Shown here: piece by piece, positions 44,060 through 56,833 of the stretch
Numbering within the stretch: the stretch's first letter is position 1
How the letters are laid out: each line of letters begins with the position of its first letter
NCBI GenBank assembly: GCA_963758525.1
Contig: CAVWVQ010000003.1
Location: 3,232,001-3,296,000 of the forward strand
Source: an uncultured Phycisphaerales bacterium
GTDB lineage: Bacteria > Planctomycetota > Phycisphaerae > Tepidisphaerales > Tepidisphaeraceae
DNA: 64,000 nucleotides
Direction: 5' to 3'
Program-made: the position numbers and the translations under genes
Notes under the pieces: model-generated
The model's database searches: none
What the model saw: only the letters and a program-made list of their open reading frames with translations
What the model was told of the DNA's origin: nothing

Positions 44060-45380
44060 TCATGCGGGCGCTCCTGCCGGGAGCGCGACGGCGGATTTGC
44101 TTCGCCAGAACTGCCAGGAGTCCGGAAGATAGTCCCAGACTTCGCGGACCCCGAACAATCCCTGCGGGCGGACGATCATGATCATGATCAACATCAGCGC
44201 ATAGAGCACCATGCGATAATCCGACAAGCTGATCCCGGCTCGCGCCGCGCCCATCGCAGCAGTTCCCAGCCCGCGCAGACGCCGGCGAGCGTCAGCAGCG
44301 GCCCGCGCTGCGCGGCGCGAACAACCCGATCAATACAGCAATGACGGCGGCAACGACAAGCCCCCACGGCCACAAGCTTGGGGGATCGCGCAAGAGTTCG
44401 GGGAGCAGCGTCAGAATCACTGCGGCGATCGCCGCGCCGGAGACCGATCCGAGCCCGCCGAGCACGACCATGATGACGATGTCAAAACTTTTCTGGAATG
44501 CCAGCTCCCCTGCGTTGATCGTGCCGACTTTCAATGCGTACAGCCCTCCTGCCAGTCCAGCGAAAAACGCGGAGAAGACAAATGCACGCACCTTATACCT
44601 GGTGATGTTGACGCCCATCGCTGAGGCGGCGATCTCGTCTTCGCGGACGGAAAGCAATGCTCTGCCGTAGCTGGATTGTTTCAGGCGGATGATCGCCGAC
44701 AAGGTGATCGCGACGGCGAGCCAGACCCAGAACACCGTGCTGTAGGCCGGTGCGCCGCTGAAGCCCAAAGCTCCTCCCAGATGGATGAGCAGGCGGGGAA
44801 AAGAGAGATCGGCCAGGCTTGGATCGGTGGAGGTGACGTCGAGCTGATCGGGTGTTCCCTGAATGATGACGCGAACGATCTCGCCGAAGCCGAGCGTGAC
44901 GATCGCCAGGTAATCCCCTCGCAATCTCAGCGAGGGCAAGCCGACGATCCAACCAGCGATTCCCGCGACGATCGCTCCGCTGATGCAGGCGAGCACGAAC
45001 AGCCCGTCACCTTTAGTCAGCAACGGCCCCGCGCACGCCGCGCCGGTCCAACTCAGCAGACCGCCGTGGAAATCGAAGTCGCCAAAGAGACGGTAAGAGC
45101 CGTAGTAGACAATCGTCGCGGCGGTGTATCCGCCAAGCGACATGAACCCGGCATGACCGATGGAAAACTGCCCGGTGAACCCGTTCACGACCGTCAGCGA
45201 TGTTGCCAGGATGATGGCAATCCCTGAGTTCACGAGCAGATCCGATCCGAATCCGCCGATGCGCGGCGCGACGATGAAATAGAGCAGAGCTGCCAGTGCC
45301 AGTGCGAGCGCGACCGGCCACAACGCCCGCGGCGCGGCAGTCCAGATTGGCGGGCGGTACGTGGTTCTGGCTGGGGTCAC
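44060..45380 (-). CDS. livM: Branched-chain amino acid ABC permease (frameshift near 44300)
   Basis: GFTGQFSIGHAGF, LRLRGDYLAIVTLGFGEI, REDEIAA, GGLGS; RPQGLFG in the shifted frame. Confidence 0.9.
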
Positions 45381-46327
45381 ACCTTCTCCATGACCCGCGA
45401 GCCGAGCAATCCCTGCGGGCGGACGAGCAGGACCAGGATCAACACCATAAAGACGTAGACATCGCGATAGTCGCTGGAGAGATACTGCACGCCGAAGAAT
45501 TCAATCAGGCCGATGAGGAGCCCGCCGAGCATGGCGCCGCGCACGTTGCCGATGCCTCCGACCACCGCGGCGACGAATGCTTTCAATCCGAGCAGCACCC
45601 AGACGGAGGAAGCGGTCTGCTGCAGTTGCGAATATTTCATTGAGTAGAGAAATCCAGCCGCCGCCGCCAGGGCCGAGCCGGTGACAAACGTAATGGAAAT
45701 CACGCGATCCACGTTGATCCCCATGAGGGCGGCGGTTTTCACGTTGAACGAGACGGCGCGCATCGCCATCCCGAATTTCGTGCGGTAAATGAGAAATTGC
45801 ATCGCGGCCATCAGGATGATCGCGGCGATGAGAACCGTCGCGTCAACCAGCCGCACCTGCACGCCCGCCATCGCGAACAGCACCTTGTCCGGCAGAATCT
45901 GCGGCACCTCTTTGGGATATGGCCCAAACGCCCAACCGAGCTGGCCGGTGTTCTCGAGCAGCAGCGAGACGCCGATCGCTGTGATCAGCACGTTTAATCG
46001 CGGTGCGCCGCGCAGCGGGCGGTAGGCAAATCGCTCGATGCAAAACCCTGCCAGCGAGCAGAGCGCAATTGCGCCGACCGGCACCGCGATTGCGAGAAAA
46101 ACGGGGTGGCCGAGAAATGCCGGACCATGGCTGGCGGCGCGAGTGAGTCCGATCGCCAACGCGTAGCTGAGCCAGGCGCCCAGCGCAAAGATATCGCTGT
46201 GTGCGAAGTTGATGAATTGCAGAATCCCAAAGACCAGCGTGTAGCCCAGGGCGATCAGGGCGTAGAGCGCTCCGACGGCAATCCCATCGGTCAGCGTCTG
46301 CACGAGCGTCTGAAGGAAATGATTCAC
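45377..46327 (-). CDS. livH: Branched-chain amino acid ABC permease
   Basis: YALIALGYTLVFG..NFAH, ERFAYRPLR, KAFVAAVVGGIG, RPQGLLG. Confidence 0.93.
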   Translation of the reverse strand: MNHFLQTLVQTLTDGIAVGALYALIALGYTLVFGILQFINFAHSDIFALGAWLSYALAIGLTRAASHGPAFLGHPVFLAIAVPVGAIALCSLAGFCIERFAYRPLRGAPRLNVLITAIGVSLLLENTGQLGWAFGPYPKEVPQILPDKVLFAMAGVQVRLVDATVLIAAIILMAAMQFLIYRTKFGMAMRAVSFNVKTAALMGINVDRVISITFVTGSALAAAAGFLYSMKYSQLQQTASSVWVLLGLKAFVAAVVGGIGNVRGAMLGGLLIGLIEFFGVQYLSSDYRDVYVFMVLILVLLVRPQGLLGSRVMEKV

Positions 46328-46357
46328 GCGATCTTGCAGACTCGAAGCGTCGTCCGT

Positions 46358-47485
46358 CTACTTGGGAGGTTCAACGATGGCATAGAACGAAAAGCTCCCG
46401 TTATCCATTTTTTGGATGACCGCGAGTTTTTTCGCATTGCGATTTTCATCGAGCGTGATTGAGCCAGTGACGCCCTTGAAATCCTTGGTGCCGTTGATTG
46501 CAGCCGCCAGATCTTTCCCATCCAGACTCTTGGCGCGGCCCATTGCGTCAAAGAGCAGATTCGCGGCGTCATACCCAAGGGCCGCCATGCTGTCGGGTGA
46601 TTGGCCGTACGCGGCGTTGAATTTCTTGAGAAACTCCTTCACCTCCGGGCGATTGTCTTCCTTCGAATAATGATCGGAGAAGTAGCATCCATCCAGCGCG
46701 TGGCCGGCGTTTTTGAGTTCATCGGAAACCCATCCATCGCCGCCGAGCATCGGGCAGGTGATCCCCAGCTTCCGCGCCTGCTGGGCGATGTTGACCACTT
46801 CGGTGTAATAGCCGGGGATGTAGATGAACTGCGGTGCCGCCTCGCGAATCGCGGTGAGCTGGGCGGAGAAATCGTTGTCTCCGTCGGAGTATGCCTGCTC
46901 GGTCAATACCTTCCCGCCAAGCTTTTTGAACGCCTTGGTGAAATCCGTTCGCAGCCCGCTCGAGTACGGCTGTGCGCGGTTGTAGAGCACCGCCGCCGTG
47001 TCGAATCCGAGTTTGTTTTTCGCAAAGCTCGCCCCGACGTATCCCTGAAACGAATCGATGAAGCAGACGCGCGAGATCATATTGCCGATTGCGGTGACCC
47101 TGGCGTTGGTGCTGGAGGGAGAGATCATCGGAACGGCCAGCCGCTGCGCGACGGTGCCGCCGGCGATGGACATTTTCGAAGCGACTTCGCCGATCACGGC
47201 GACGACATGGTCCTGTTGAATCAGCCGGGTGACCGCGCTGACGGCCTCCTGCTGAGTGCCTTTGTCGTCGTACGCGATCAGCTTGATTTTCTTGCCATTG
47301 AGGCCCCCCTTGTCGTTAAATTCTTTCACCGCCAGCTTGACGCCATCGTCTGTAGAGATGCCAAACGTGGCCTCCGAGCCGGTCATGGAGCCATATTCGC
47401 CGACAACAATGTCGTCATCGCCCCAGGCCGGGAGCGATTGGAAGGCAATCGCAAGAATCGAGACGGCAAAAAGGGACCATCGCAT
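46358..47485 (-). CDS. livK: Branched-chain amino acid ABC substrate-binding protein
   Basis: Signal peptide, TG..ATFG, GEVASK, SPSSTN, RVCFIDS.QG, GGDGW, ALGYDA, GVTG.I. Confidence 0.9.
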   Translation of the reverse strand: MRWSLFAVSILAIAFQSLPAWGDDDIVVGEYGSMTGSEATFGISTDDGVKLAVKEFNDKGGLNGKKIKLIAYDDKGTQQEAVSAVTRLIQQDHVVAVIGEVASKMSIAGGTVAQRLAVPMISPSSTNARVTAIGNMISRVCFIDSFQGYVGASFAKNKLGFDTAAVLYNRAQPYSSGLRTDFTKAFKKLGGKVLTEQAYSDGDNDFSAQLTAIREAAPQFIYIPGYYTEVVNIAQQARKLGITCPMLGGDGWVSDELKNAGHALDGCYFSDHYSKEDNRPEVKEFLKKFNAAYGQSPDSMAALGYDAANLLFDAMGRAKSLDGKDLAAAINGTKDFKGVTGSITLDENRNAKKLAVIQKMDNGSFSFYAIVEPPK

Positions 47486-47617
47486 GATCAGCGCTCCGAA
47501 TCGGATAGGTTTGCGGCAACAGCCAGACACCGGCGGTTTCAGGTTGATCGCACTCTAAACGGCAGGGGGGCGGGGGGCAAGACGAGGGCCAGGCACGTGC
47601 GGCATGAACTGGGGTTC

Positions 47618-47946
47618 TCACGAGTTTCGGATTGCCCAGTTCACGTCGCGTGATCCATGAAGCACACGAACGACGTCAACGCCGCCGTCTGGAAGCGGGA
47701 GGTAGAACAGAACGTACGGACCGAATGATGTGAGCGGCCACGAACGAAGCCCTTTGAGTCGCCCGCGTTTTTCGCCGAATCGAACCAAGGCCCGGCATCT
47801 CCGCAAGCCGTGTCGCGGACTTGTAGAACTCAGCTAATAAACCATCCCGTGGAATGGCCGTCAAGATAACGGACTATTTCCTCCAAATCCAAAGCAGCCC
47901 GCGGACGGATGCGAAGCGGATGAGGAGGCGTACGCGACACCGACAC
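47618..47946 (-). CDS. ParE/RelE-family toxin (two apparent frameshifts)
   Basis: Pieces RPRAALDLEEIVRYL, RLAEMPGLG and GLRSWP..YVLFY..VVRVLHGSRD lie in three frames. Confidence 0.65.
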
Positions 47947-47957
47947 TCCGCTGAGGT

Positions 47958-48197
47958 TCAGCCCTGCCGGGCACGACGCTTGACGTCATTGAGTAAATCA
48001 GATGTGAGGGGAACCGACGGCCCACTATCAAGTCCTCTCAGCAGTTCGCTTTCAAGCTCGGGATCGATCGCGAGCGTGTCATTTCCCTGGATCAAACTGG
48101 CAATATAGGCATCAACCGAGGGAAACCCCGCTTCCGATGCTTGCGTCTCGGCGCACACTTTGAGGTCTTCCGCGAGATTGACTGTGAGTGTTGCCAT
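47958..48197 (-). CDS. ParD-like RHH antitoxin
   Basis: MATLTVNL..GFPSVDAYIASLI..LL.GLDSG, directly upstream of the toxin. Confidence 0.72.
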   Translation of the reverse strand: MATLTVNLAEDLKVCAETQASEAGFPSVDAYIASLIQGNDTLAIDPELESELLRGLDSGPSVPLTSDLLNDVKRRARQG

Positions 48198-48275
48198 ACC
48201 TTTGAATTTTAGCCTGGAGCCCGCCCGTCGCAACCGAAATCCGGTTTACCCTTCGGCCGGCAACTCTTTGAGAGG

Positions 48276-49285
48276 TCAGGCGCTCGACCTGAAATACTGG
48301 ACGCTGAACCAGCCTAGCGGGTCTGTCCACACCGCCTCGCGCCGGTAACCGGCCGCGGCGGCTAACGTCTCGAAAGAGTCGATCGTGTATTTGTAACAAC
48401 TTTCGGTGTGAATACTTTCCCCATCTTCGAATCGGACGCTGACGCCCTCGCTCAGATCGACAATCTGGGATTGTCGGCTCACCAAGTGCATTTCCACGCA
48501 CCCATTCGCCGGGCTGTAGAATGCATAATGCGCGAATGCATCGGCGTTAAAATTCGAGCCGATGTCGCGATTGATACGGCGGAGGATATTGAGGTTGAAG
48601 GCGGCGGTGACGTTGGCCGCGTCGTTGTAGGCGGCGTGAAGGAGGGCGGGGTCTTTCTTGAGATCGACGCCGATGAGCAGGCCGCTGGCGGGGCCGCAGG
48701 TCGTGCGGACGGATTTCAGGAACGCCAGCGCTGATTCGGGCTCGAAGTTGCCGATCGTCGAACCGGGAAAGTAGGCGACGGTCCGCGCGGGCAGCTCTTC
48801 GTCAAATGATGGCAGCCAAAACCGGCGCGTGTAATCCGCGCAGACGGGGCGGATCGGGAGATCGGAGTAGCTGGCAGCAAGCGCGCGGGCCGCGTGCATC
48901 AGATGGGCGCGGGAAATATCGATCGGGACGTAGCCAACAGCGTCGGACAGGTGATCCAGGAGAATGCGCGTTTTGAGGCTGCTGCCGGAGCCGTATTCCA
49001 CCAGCAGAACACGCGAGCCCATCGCCTCGACCATTTCGTCGGCATATGCGCGCATGATCGCGACTTCCGTGCGTGTCGGGTAATACTCGGGCAGATTGCA
49101 AATTGCATCAAAGAGCCGGGAGCCGCGGTCGTCGTAGAAGAGTTTGCACGGCAGCGTCTTGCGCGGTTTGGTCAGCCCGGCCAGCACCTCGGCGCGAACG
49201 TCGTGAGCGGCGGGGTGAAAATCGAGCAACTTGATCGGCGGCGACAGAAGCTCAACGCCGCCATGGTTCGAACGCTTTTCCCGTC

Positions 49286-49289
<4 letters not shown>
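48276..49289 (-). CDS. egtD: L-histidine N-alpha-trimethyltransferase
   Basis: FYDDRGS.LF, PEYYPTRTE, EYGSGSSLKT, FPGSTIGNF, AYND..VTAAFNLN, IHTE.CYKY. Confidence 0.93.
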
Positions 49290-50584
<1,295 letters not shown>

Positions 50585-50716
50585 GGTGAAATAAGGATAG
50601 GCCCGTATTGCGCTGCCGGCGCGGTGGAGAAATGTTTCAGACACTTTGGCCGTTCAGTTGGGATAGCCCTCTGGCGACAACGACCACGGCGGACGCTGTC
50701 GAATTGCTCACACGCT

Positions 50717-51067
50717 TCAATGCAGCAGCGACTGCCAGTCCGAAGGAACCTTCCCCTTGGGGCCGGGTGTCGGCTGATTCTCCGGATGCGCATGAGGCGG
50801 CGGCAGCTCCGCGCCCTCGATCATCTGGTCCTCTTCGTAGTCGTAAAACCAGTCCTCCCCTGGCTCGAAACTGGCAATCACGGGATGACCGGTCTGTTGC
50901 GCATGACGCGACGCGTGTTGCCTGGGAGAACTGTCGCAACATCCGATGTGTCCGCACTCGGCGCATCGGCGCAGGTGAAACCACCAGCCACCCTCGGCAA
51001 GGCACTCGACACAGCCCTCTCCGCTTGGCTTGGAAGCGAGGTTGATTCCTTTGCGATGTTGATGCAT
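50717..51067 (-). CDS. UBP-type zinc finger protein
   Basis: GCVECL..W.HLRRC.ECGHIGCCDSSP.QHA..H..TGHP..SFEPGEDW. Confidence 0.88.
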   Translation of the reverse strand: MHQHRKGINLASKPSGEGCVECLAEGGWWFHLRRCAECGHIGCCDSSPRQHASRHAQQTGHPVIASFEPGEDWFYDYEEDQMIEGAELPPPHAHPENQPTPGPKGKVPSDWQSLLH

Positions 51068-51233
51068 TGCTCGGTTCTCCGGCGTTCGTTCGGCTATTTT
51101 AGCGGAACATACACAATCAGGCATCGTCGATTCTTTCGGTGATTTCACTCCGAATTGGTGCGGGGCGCGGAGAAAAACCCCAGAGCTGCTTTCCTGCCTC
51201 CTCCCCTCGTATCCTGGGGAAGCACAACGTCAT

Positions 51234-52745
51234 TTACGAACGCGCTTTCCGTCGGAGTCCGCGGGGCACGAAGAGTTTCTCCAGCAGCCCGAAGCCGCCC
51301 TGCACCAGCAGCGCGAGAATTGCGGCCGGGACGGCGCCGAGCAGGATCAGGCGGTTGTCCGCGAGACGGATGCCGGTGAGGATCGGCTGACCATATCCGC
51401 CGGCGCCGATCAACGCGCCGATCGTCGCGGTGCCGACGTTGATCACTGCCGCCGTTTTGATTCCCGCGAGAATCGATGGAGCCGCCATCGGCAGTTCGAT
51501 TTGCAGCAGCCGCGCCATGGGCGAAAGGCCAAGCACAACGGCGCTCTCACGCAATCCCGGCGGGATACTTGCAAGACCCACGTGCGTATTGCGAACAATC
51601 GGGAGCAGCCCATACAAGAACAGCGCGACGATGGCCGGCCACGTGCCGATGCCGAAGAGGGGAATCATGAAGACCAATAGCGCGAGCGAGGGAATCGTGT
51701 AAATCACGGCAAGCGTCGCGAGGATGACGTGCCCCAGGCGAGGCCGGATAAAGGCGAGCACGCCCAATGGGACCGCGATCACGATGGACGCCGCCAGCGA
51801 AATGCCGACCAGCAGCAGATGCTCGCGCGTTCGCATGAGCAGGCCGCTCCATACGCTTCTCTCGCTCGCGCCCGTTTTCATCTGCAGCCGGGCGAGCAGA
51901 AAATCGGCGGCGACCCGCGACTCGGGAACCTTGTCGAGCTTGCTCGCGCGGTTCATCGCGATCATGCGCGGCGCGTCGATCAGTCCTTCGAGCCGGCTGA
52001 TTGCTTTCACGAACGCCGGCGCCCGCTGATCCAGATCGAGCCGATACAGATAGACCGCGTCGTACTCGGGAAACAGATGCTGATCGTCCTCGAGCACGCG
52101 AAGTTGATAGAACGCGATTTCCGGCTCGGTGGAGTAGAGATCCATCACATCAGTCTTCCCGGATGCGATCGCGCGGTAGGCCAGGTCATGATCCAGTCCG
52201 GTCACATTCGTCTGCGGCAGGCGGTAGGCGGCGCGCGCGGCGGGCCAGCCGTCCTTGCGTTCGAGGAATTCGTTGCTGAATCCCATGCGAAGCTCCGGAT
52301 GACTTCGCAGATCGCCGATCGTTTGAATGTTCAGTCGGGCAGCGAGCGATTCGAGCATGCCGATCGCGTACGTGTCGTTAAAACCGAGCGGGCGCGTCAT
52401 GCCGATGCCATGTTGCGCCAGAGCAGCGCGCAGAGCGATCGGGTCCGAGGGCGTGCCCGGCAACAGCTCCTGCGTGATGGTGCCGGTGTATTCGGGATAC
52501 GCATCGATTTGTCCGCTGAGCAGCGCGTCCCACAACACGCGCGTGCCGCCAAGCTGGCTGCGATGAATGGCATCGACGCCCGACTGGCGGCCAAGCTGCG
52601 TTGCAAGTTCGCCGAGAATAACGCTTTCGGTGAACACTTTTGATCCCACGCGTATCTCTTGCGCCGCTGGGGAGGCAGCGGCACAGGCCGCGCAGACGCA
52701 GAGCGCGATGATCAGGGAGTTTGCAGACAGCCCAGCACACTTCAT
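51234..52745 (-). CDS. Betaine/osmoprotectant-type ABC substrate-binding + permease fusion
   Basis: VGSK.FTE, YPEYTGT, GFNDTY, FPEY; TIPSLALL, LPIVRNT, IGAGGYG. Confidence 0.9.
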   Translation of the reverse strand: MKCAGLSANSLIIALCVCAACAAASPAAQEIRVGSKVFTESVILGELATQLGRQSGVDAIHRSQLGGTRVLWDALLSGQIDAYPEYTGTITQELLPGTPSDPIALRAALAQHGIGMTRPLGFNDTYAIGMLESLAARLNIQTIGDLRSHPELRMGFSNEFLERKDGWPAARAAYRLPQTNVTGLDHDLAYRAIASGKTDVMDLYSTEPEIAFYQLRVLEDDQHLFPEYDAVYLYRLDLDQRAPAFVKAISRLEGLIDAPRMIAMNRASKLDKVPESRVAADFLLARLQMKTGASERSVWSGLLMRTREHLLLVGISLAASIVIAVPLGVLAFIRPRLGHVILATLAVIYTIPSLALLVFMIPLFGIGTWPAIVALFLYGLLPIVRNTHVGLASIPPGLRESAVVLGLSPMARLLQIELPMAAPSILAGIKTAAVINVGTATIGALIGAGGYGQPILTGIRLADNRLILLGAVPAAILALLVQGGFGLLEKLFVPRGLRRKARS

Positions 52746-53488
52746 GCGTCTTCCCTGACGGGGGTATGGGACTGCTGTGCTCGTACAAATTGGCTGACGA
52801 ACGATTCGGCCGGGCGATTGAACAGATCATCGGCCGTTCCCGTTTGCACGATGCTGCCGGCACGCATCAGGATGATCTGATCCGCAAAGAAAGCCGCCTC
52901 GTTGATGTCGTGCGTCACGAGGATCACCGTTTTTTGCAGGCGTCGGAAGATAGCGGCCAGATCGTCCCGCAGTTCGGCGCGCACCATCGGATCCAGCGCC
53001 GCCAGCGGCTCATCCAGCAGCAACACGTCGGCGTCGAGCATCAGTGCCCGCATCAGCGAGACGCGCTGCCGCTGACCGCCGGACATTTCACCCGGGTAGC
53101 GCGACAGCAGTCCCGGGGAGAGGCGCGCCAGCGACGAGAGTTCCTCCAGGCGCTGACGAATCCTTTCGGCGGACCAGCGGAGATGCCGAGCCATGATCGT
53201 GACGTTGGCGAGCCCCGTCAGATGGGGAAAGAGCCCGCCATCCTGAATCACGTAGCCGATCCGGCGACGGATCGACGGCAGGCGCGCAGATGTAATAGTC
53301 TGGTCTTCGAAAGTGATCGAGCCCGCATCCGGTCGCAGCAATCCGGTCATCAGCCCGAAGACGGTCGATTTGCCGCAGCCGCTGGGACCAATCAGTACGG
53401 TGTTTCTGCCGGTGGGCGTGGTGAAACTGATGTCATGGAGTACGGGGTTGCCGTCGTAGGATTTGTGAACAGCGGCAAAGCGGAACAT
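52742..53488 (-). CDS. OpuBA/ProV-like ABC ATPase
   Basis: GPSGCGKST, IGYVIQDGGLFPH, RYP.EMSGGQRQRV, DEP..ALDP, VTHD. Confidence 0.92.
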   Translation of the reverse strand: MFRFAAVHKSYDGNPVLHDISFTTPTGRNTVLIGPSGCGKSTVFGLMTGLLRPDAGSITFEDQTITSARLPSIRRRIGYVIQDGGLFPHLTGLANVTIMARHLRWSAERIRQRLEELSSLARLSPGLLSRYPGEMSGGQRQRVSLMRALMLDADVLLLDEPLAALDPMVRAELRDDLAAIFRRLQKTVILVTHDINEAAFFADQIILMRAGSIVQTGTADDLFNRPAESFVSQFVRAQQSHTPVREDA

Positions 53489-53654
53489 CAAGCTGATCGT
53501 AGCAGGAAAACGACGTGCGAGAGTTCGAAAGATCCGCGAACCGGAACGAATCAGCCCGCCATCACCGGCGGCAAGTCCGTCCGGCTATCTCGCTCGGGTG
53601 GAGACGTCTTTTCGGGCGCTGCCACCGCGTGCGGAGTGCTTGGTGGTGTTCGTT

Positions 53655-53858
53655 TTAGGTCTTGCTCATGTCGCGGCGGTCGCCGCGGTGCTTGTTCATA
53701 TTCCCGCTTGCGGTGACGCTGCGGTTCACTTCCGTCAAGGCTGCCTCCTCGTTCATCGGGTGCGTCGGGGAGGGGCCGGTTAACTTGGTGATGGACGAGC
53801 GGCCGCGTTGTTTCCGATTTTTGCCCCCATGCATGCCGTTCTTTTTTGACTTCGCCAT
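53655..53858 (-). CDS. Small basic hypothetical protein (67 aa)
   Basis: RBS GAAGGAG ahead of ATG; K/R-rich. Confidence 0.5.
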   Translation of the reverse strand: MAKSKKNGMHGGKNRKQRGRSSITKLTGPSPTHPMNEEAALTEVNRSVTASGNMNKHRGDRRDMSKT

Positions 53859-53906
53859 TGCGTACTCCTTCGGGAGTCTTTTATCCCAATAGAGATTCAG
53901 CTCCGT

Positions 53907-55100
53907 TTAGCCGCCAACGGGTTGCGGCGCGAAAGTGAGCCGGAATACCGAGCCAACGCCAGGCGTTGAGTCGACGGTAAGCTCCGCGTTCAAAAGTTTT
54001 GCGGCCCGCGAGGCAATGGTGAGTCCGAGCCCCGTGCCATGCTGGCCCTGTTCGCCGCATTGGAAGCGTCGCAAATAACATGCAGCTTGTCCGGTGCGAT
54101 CCCAGGCCCTTCATCGGACACCGAGAGAACCCAGCGAATGCCGTTGCCCGGGCTCATCTTCTGCGCGGCCTGAACACGTACTACGCCGCGGGTGGCATAC
54201 TTCACGGCATTCGAGAGCAGGTTTTGCAGCACCAGTCGGATGAGTTCAGGGTCACTATTCACTCGGGCCGTCGCGGGAACATCGATGGCCAGCGTGAGAT
54301 TCTTCTGTTCCGCTTTTCCGGCAAATTGCCTGACGATACGGCTGGCAAGATGGTTCAACTCGACCGTGCCGGTCTTGGGCTCCCCCGCCTGATGCCGAAG
54401 TCGCTCAACCTGCAGCAGTCTCGCCATTCCCCGCATCGTTTCGACAATGCCCTGCGTTGCGGCTCCAGTAACTCAACATCAGCGGCGAATCCCGCCCGCG
54501 CGCAAGCCGCTGCCGAAGAATGTGAAGCGAAAGAGAAATGTTGTTAAGATTGCCGTTGAGATCGTGTGACAGGAAAGAGAGATATCTTAATTCGGCTTCG
54601 GCGGTCTCTCGCAGCCGCTGGTTCTGATGGCCGACGAAGGCAACCATCGCCTGCTGTCCCATCAGGTCGATTGCCCAATTCAATGCCGTCTCTTCCTCAA
54701 TGGTCTTTCTGCGACCCAGCGCGTCGTCGACATGCTCGAGGATCAACCGCCGGAGCATCCGGTCCTCCGTCGCCAGTTGCGTAACGTCGTAATGCAGCTG
54801 AAACCGATGAATTCCCTGCTCCGGCGAGCGTTGAAACAGATGATTAATTTCCAGGACGTCGTCGGAAAACAAAGCGTCGGCCATGTTATTAAGGATTTCC
54901 GGAAGGTGGTCCAGCACTTCGGCGAAGCTCACATCGCTGGCGGGCGGCACGTGCGTCCGCACCAGGCCTTCCCACTCGCGCAGGATGGGCTCGATGCGTG
55001 ACCGCAGGGCTTCGGCGAGCTCGCGATACGTGCGCTCGCGCAAGGGACCGTTAACAGGGTCGCCTGCCAGGCCACGTCGGACAAATTGGTTCGTCAAATG
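53907..55100 (-). CDS. Sensor histidine kinase with RsbRD-N-like N-terminus (multiple frameshifts; start uncertain)
   Basis: H-box LSHDL, N-box NLLSNAVKY, DEGPGI, GLGL..F in successive frames. Confidence 0.75.
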
Positions 55101-55343
55101 AAACTGCTCCAGCGCGCTCGTGTCAGGTTGCCCGCATGATCGGCGATGATTCGCCGGTGCCCCTGCGTACTCCGGAACAAGAACACGCTGAGGTGCGTGT
55201 ACGTGACCCCGGGGACCGGCATGCGCCTTCTCCCATTGCCACACGGCAGGGAGAAAAGTCTGCACGGCGGAAAACATACACGACAAGACGAAATGGAAAT
55301 ATCAGGAATATCCTGTGTTCACGGCAGCCAATCAGGCACGGAG

Positions 55344-56210
55344 TCAGAGGATCGGCTTTCCGCCGGTGACGGCGACTGTCGCGCCCGAGACGTAGCTCGC
55401 CTCGTCCGATGCGAGCAGGACGTAAACTGGCGCCAGTTCCGCCGGTTGTCCCGGCCGTTTCATCGGGACGCTTTGACCGAAGGTCTTGACCTCTTCGACG
55501 GGCATCGTCGCAGGAATCAACGGCGTCCAGATCGGCCCCGGCGCTACACAATTGGCGCGAATCCCCTTTTCCGCCAGCAGCTGCGCCAGCCCCCCGGTAA
55601 AATCCTGTATCGCCGCCTTCGTTGCGGCGTAGCCCAGCAGCGTGGGTTTGGGGCTGTCGGCATTAATCGAGGTCGTGTTCACGATCGCGCTGCCCGGCTT
55701 CATGTGCGGCACGGCGGCCTTCGTGAGCCGGAACATCGCTCCGATGTTTACATCAAACGTGTAGTCCCATTCGTCGTCGGTAATCTCGTCGATCGATTCG
55801 TGCGACTTCTGAAACGCCGCGTTGTTCACCAGCACATCGACCCGGCCGAACTCGTCCACCGCCTGCTGAATGATGTTCCGGCAGTGCGCGTGGTCTGCGA
55901 GGTCGCCGCGGACGGTGAGCGCCTTGCGGCCCGCTTCGCGGACCCAGCGGGCGGTCTCGTTGGCATCGTCGTCTTCGTTGAGGTAGGCGATCAAGACGTC
56001 GGCGCCTTCGCGTGCAAACGCGATGGAAACCGCCCGGCCAATGCCGCTGTCACCACCGGTGATGACCGCCACCTTCCCGTCGAGTTTGCCAGAGCCCTTG
56101 TAGCTGCTCTCGCCGTGGTCGGGCCTGGGGTTCATCTCCGCAGTGCGGCCGGGTACGCGATCCTGTTGTTGCTCAGGCAGCGGAGGAATGGGACGTGATT
56201 GTGCGGTCAT
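55344..56210 (-). CDS. SDR oxidoreductase (general stress protein 39/YdaD-like)
   Basis: PDHGESSYKGSGKL, TGGDSGIG, NNAA, YAATK, APGPIWTP, RPGQPAE. Confidence 0.9.
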   Translation of the reverse strand: MTAQSRPIPPLPEQQQDRVPGRTAEMNPRPDHGESSYKGSGKLDGKVAVITGGDSGIGRAVSIAFAREGADVLIAYLNEDDDANETARWVREAGRKALTVRGDLADHAHCRNIIQQAVDEFGRVDVLVNNAAFQKSHESIDEITDDEWDYTFDVNIGAMFRLTKAAVPHMKPGSAIVNTTSINADSPKPTLLGYAATKAAIQDFTGGLAQLLAEKGIRANCVAPGPIWTPLIPATMPVEEVKTFGQSVPMKRPGQPAELAPVYVLLASDEASYVSGATVAVTGGKPIL

Positions 56211-56653
56211 TATGTTGCTCCGTTAAACGAGTGCGTCGTTGGATTGCTTTGGTACCCGATGAGGAACCGCGGCGTGAAGTAGCGAAATTCCTGAGGATCT
56301 GACTTTGGCGGATCAGACAGAGCCTAGCCCAAGTTACACAGTAAACCGCGTTTTTGAAATGCGACAGCGGTTTTCGAACTCTTTTTTTCACTACATCGCG
56401 CAAACTTCGGCGACGAACGCCGGGAGTTCAAGGCTAGGCCCCGGCCGTGGTTGTTGCCCCTTAAATGGCTGCGTGACCGTGTCGTTCAACGAATCGGGCG
56501 TCTACCGGTTGCGGAGAATCGACACATCTCGCTGGTGAGCAGTTGGTCGACGGATCTGCGCTACGAACCCGGCCAGGCAGTCCGGAAGACGCGGGATCAT
56601 TCCTGGACGCCGCACGATTGATCCTCGCATGGGCGGATGGAAGGATGTGAGAA

Positions 56654-56775
56654 ATGGCTGCAATCACCAGGGCAATACCGACAAGGAAGCACAGGAACTC
56701 AAGGAGGCTCTGGAAGCCTATGAAGCCGAGCACAAAGGTGCCGAGGCCGCCTTATATCGCCAGAACAACGCGTTC
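56654..56775 (+). pseudogene. Probable truncated hypothetical-gene remnant
   Basis: MAAITR then frame change to NTDKEAQELKEALEAYEAEHKGAEAALYRQNNA, after which coding character is lost. Confidence 0.35.
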
Positions 56776-56833
56776 GGCTTGATCCCCCGCAGGATCACTT
56801 CCGCATACGGAGTGTTGCAAATGACAGCACGCC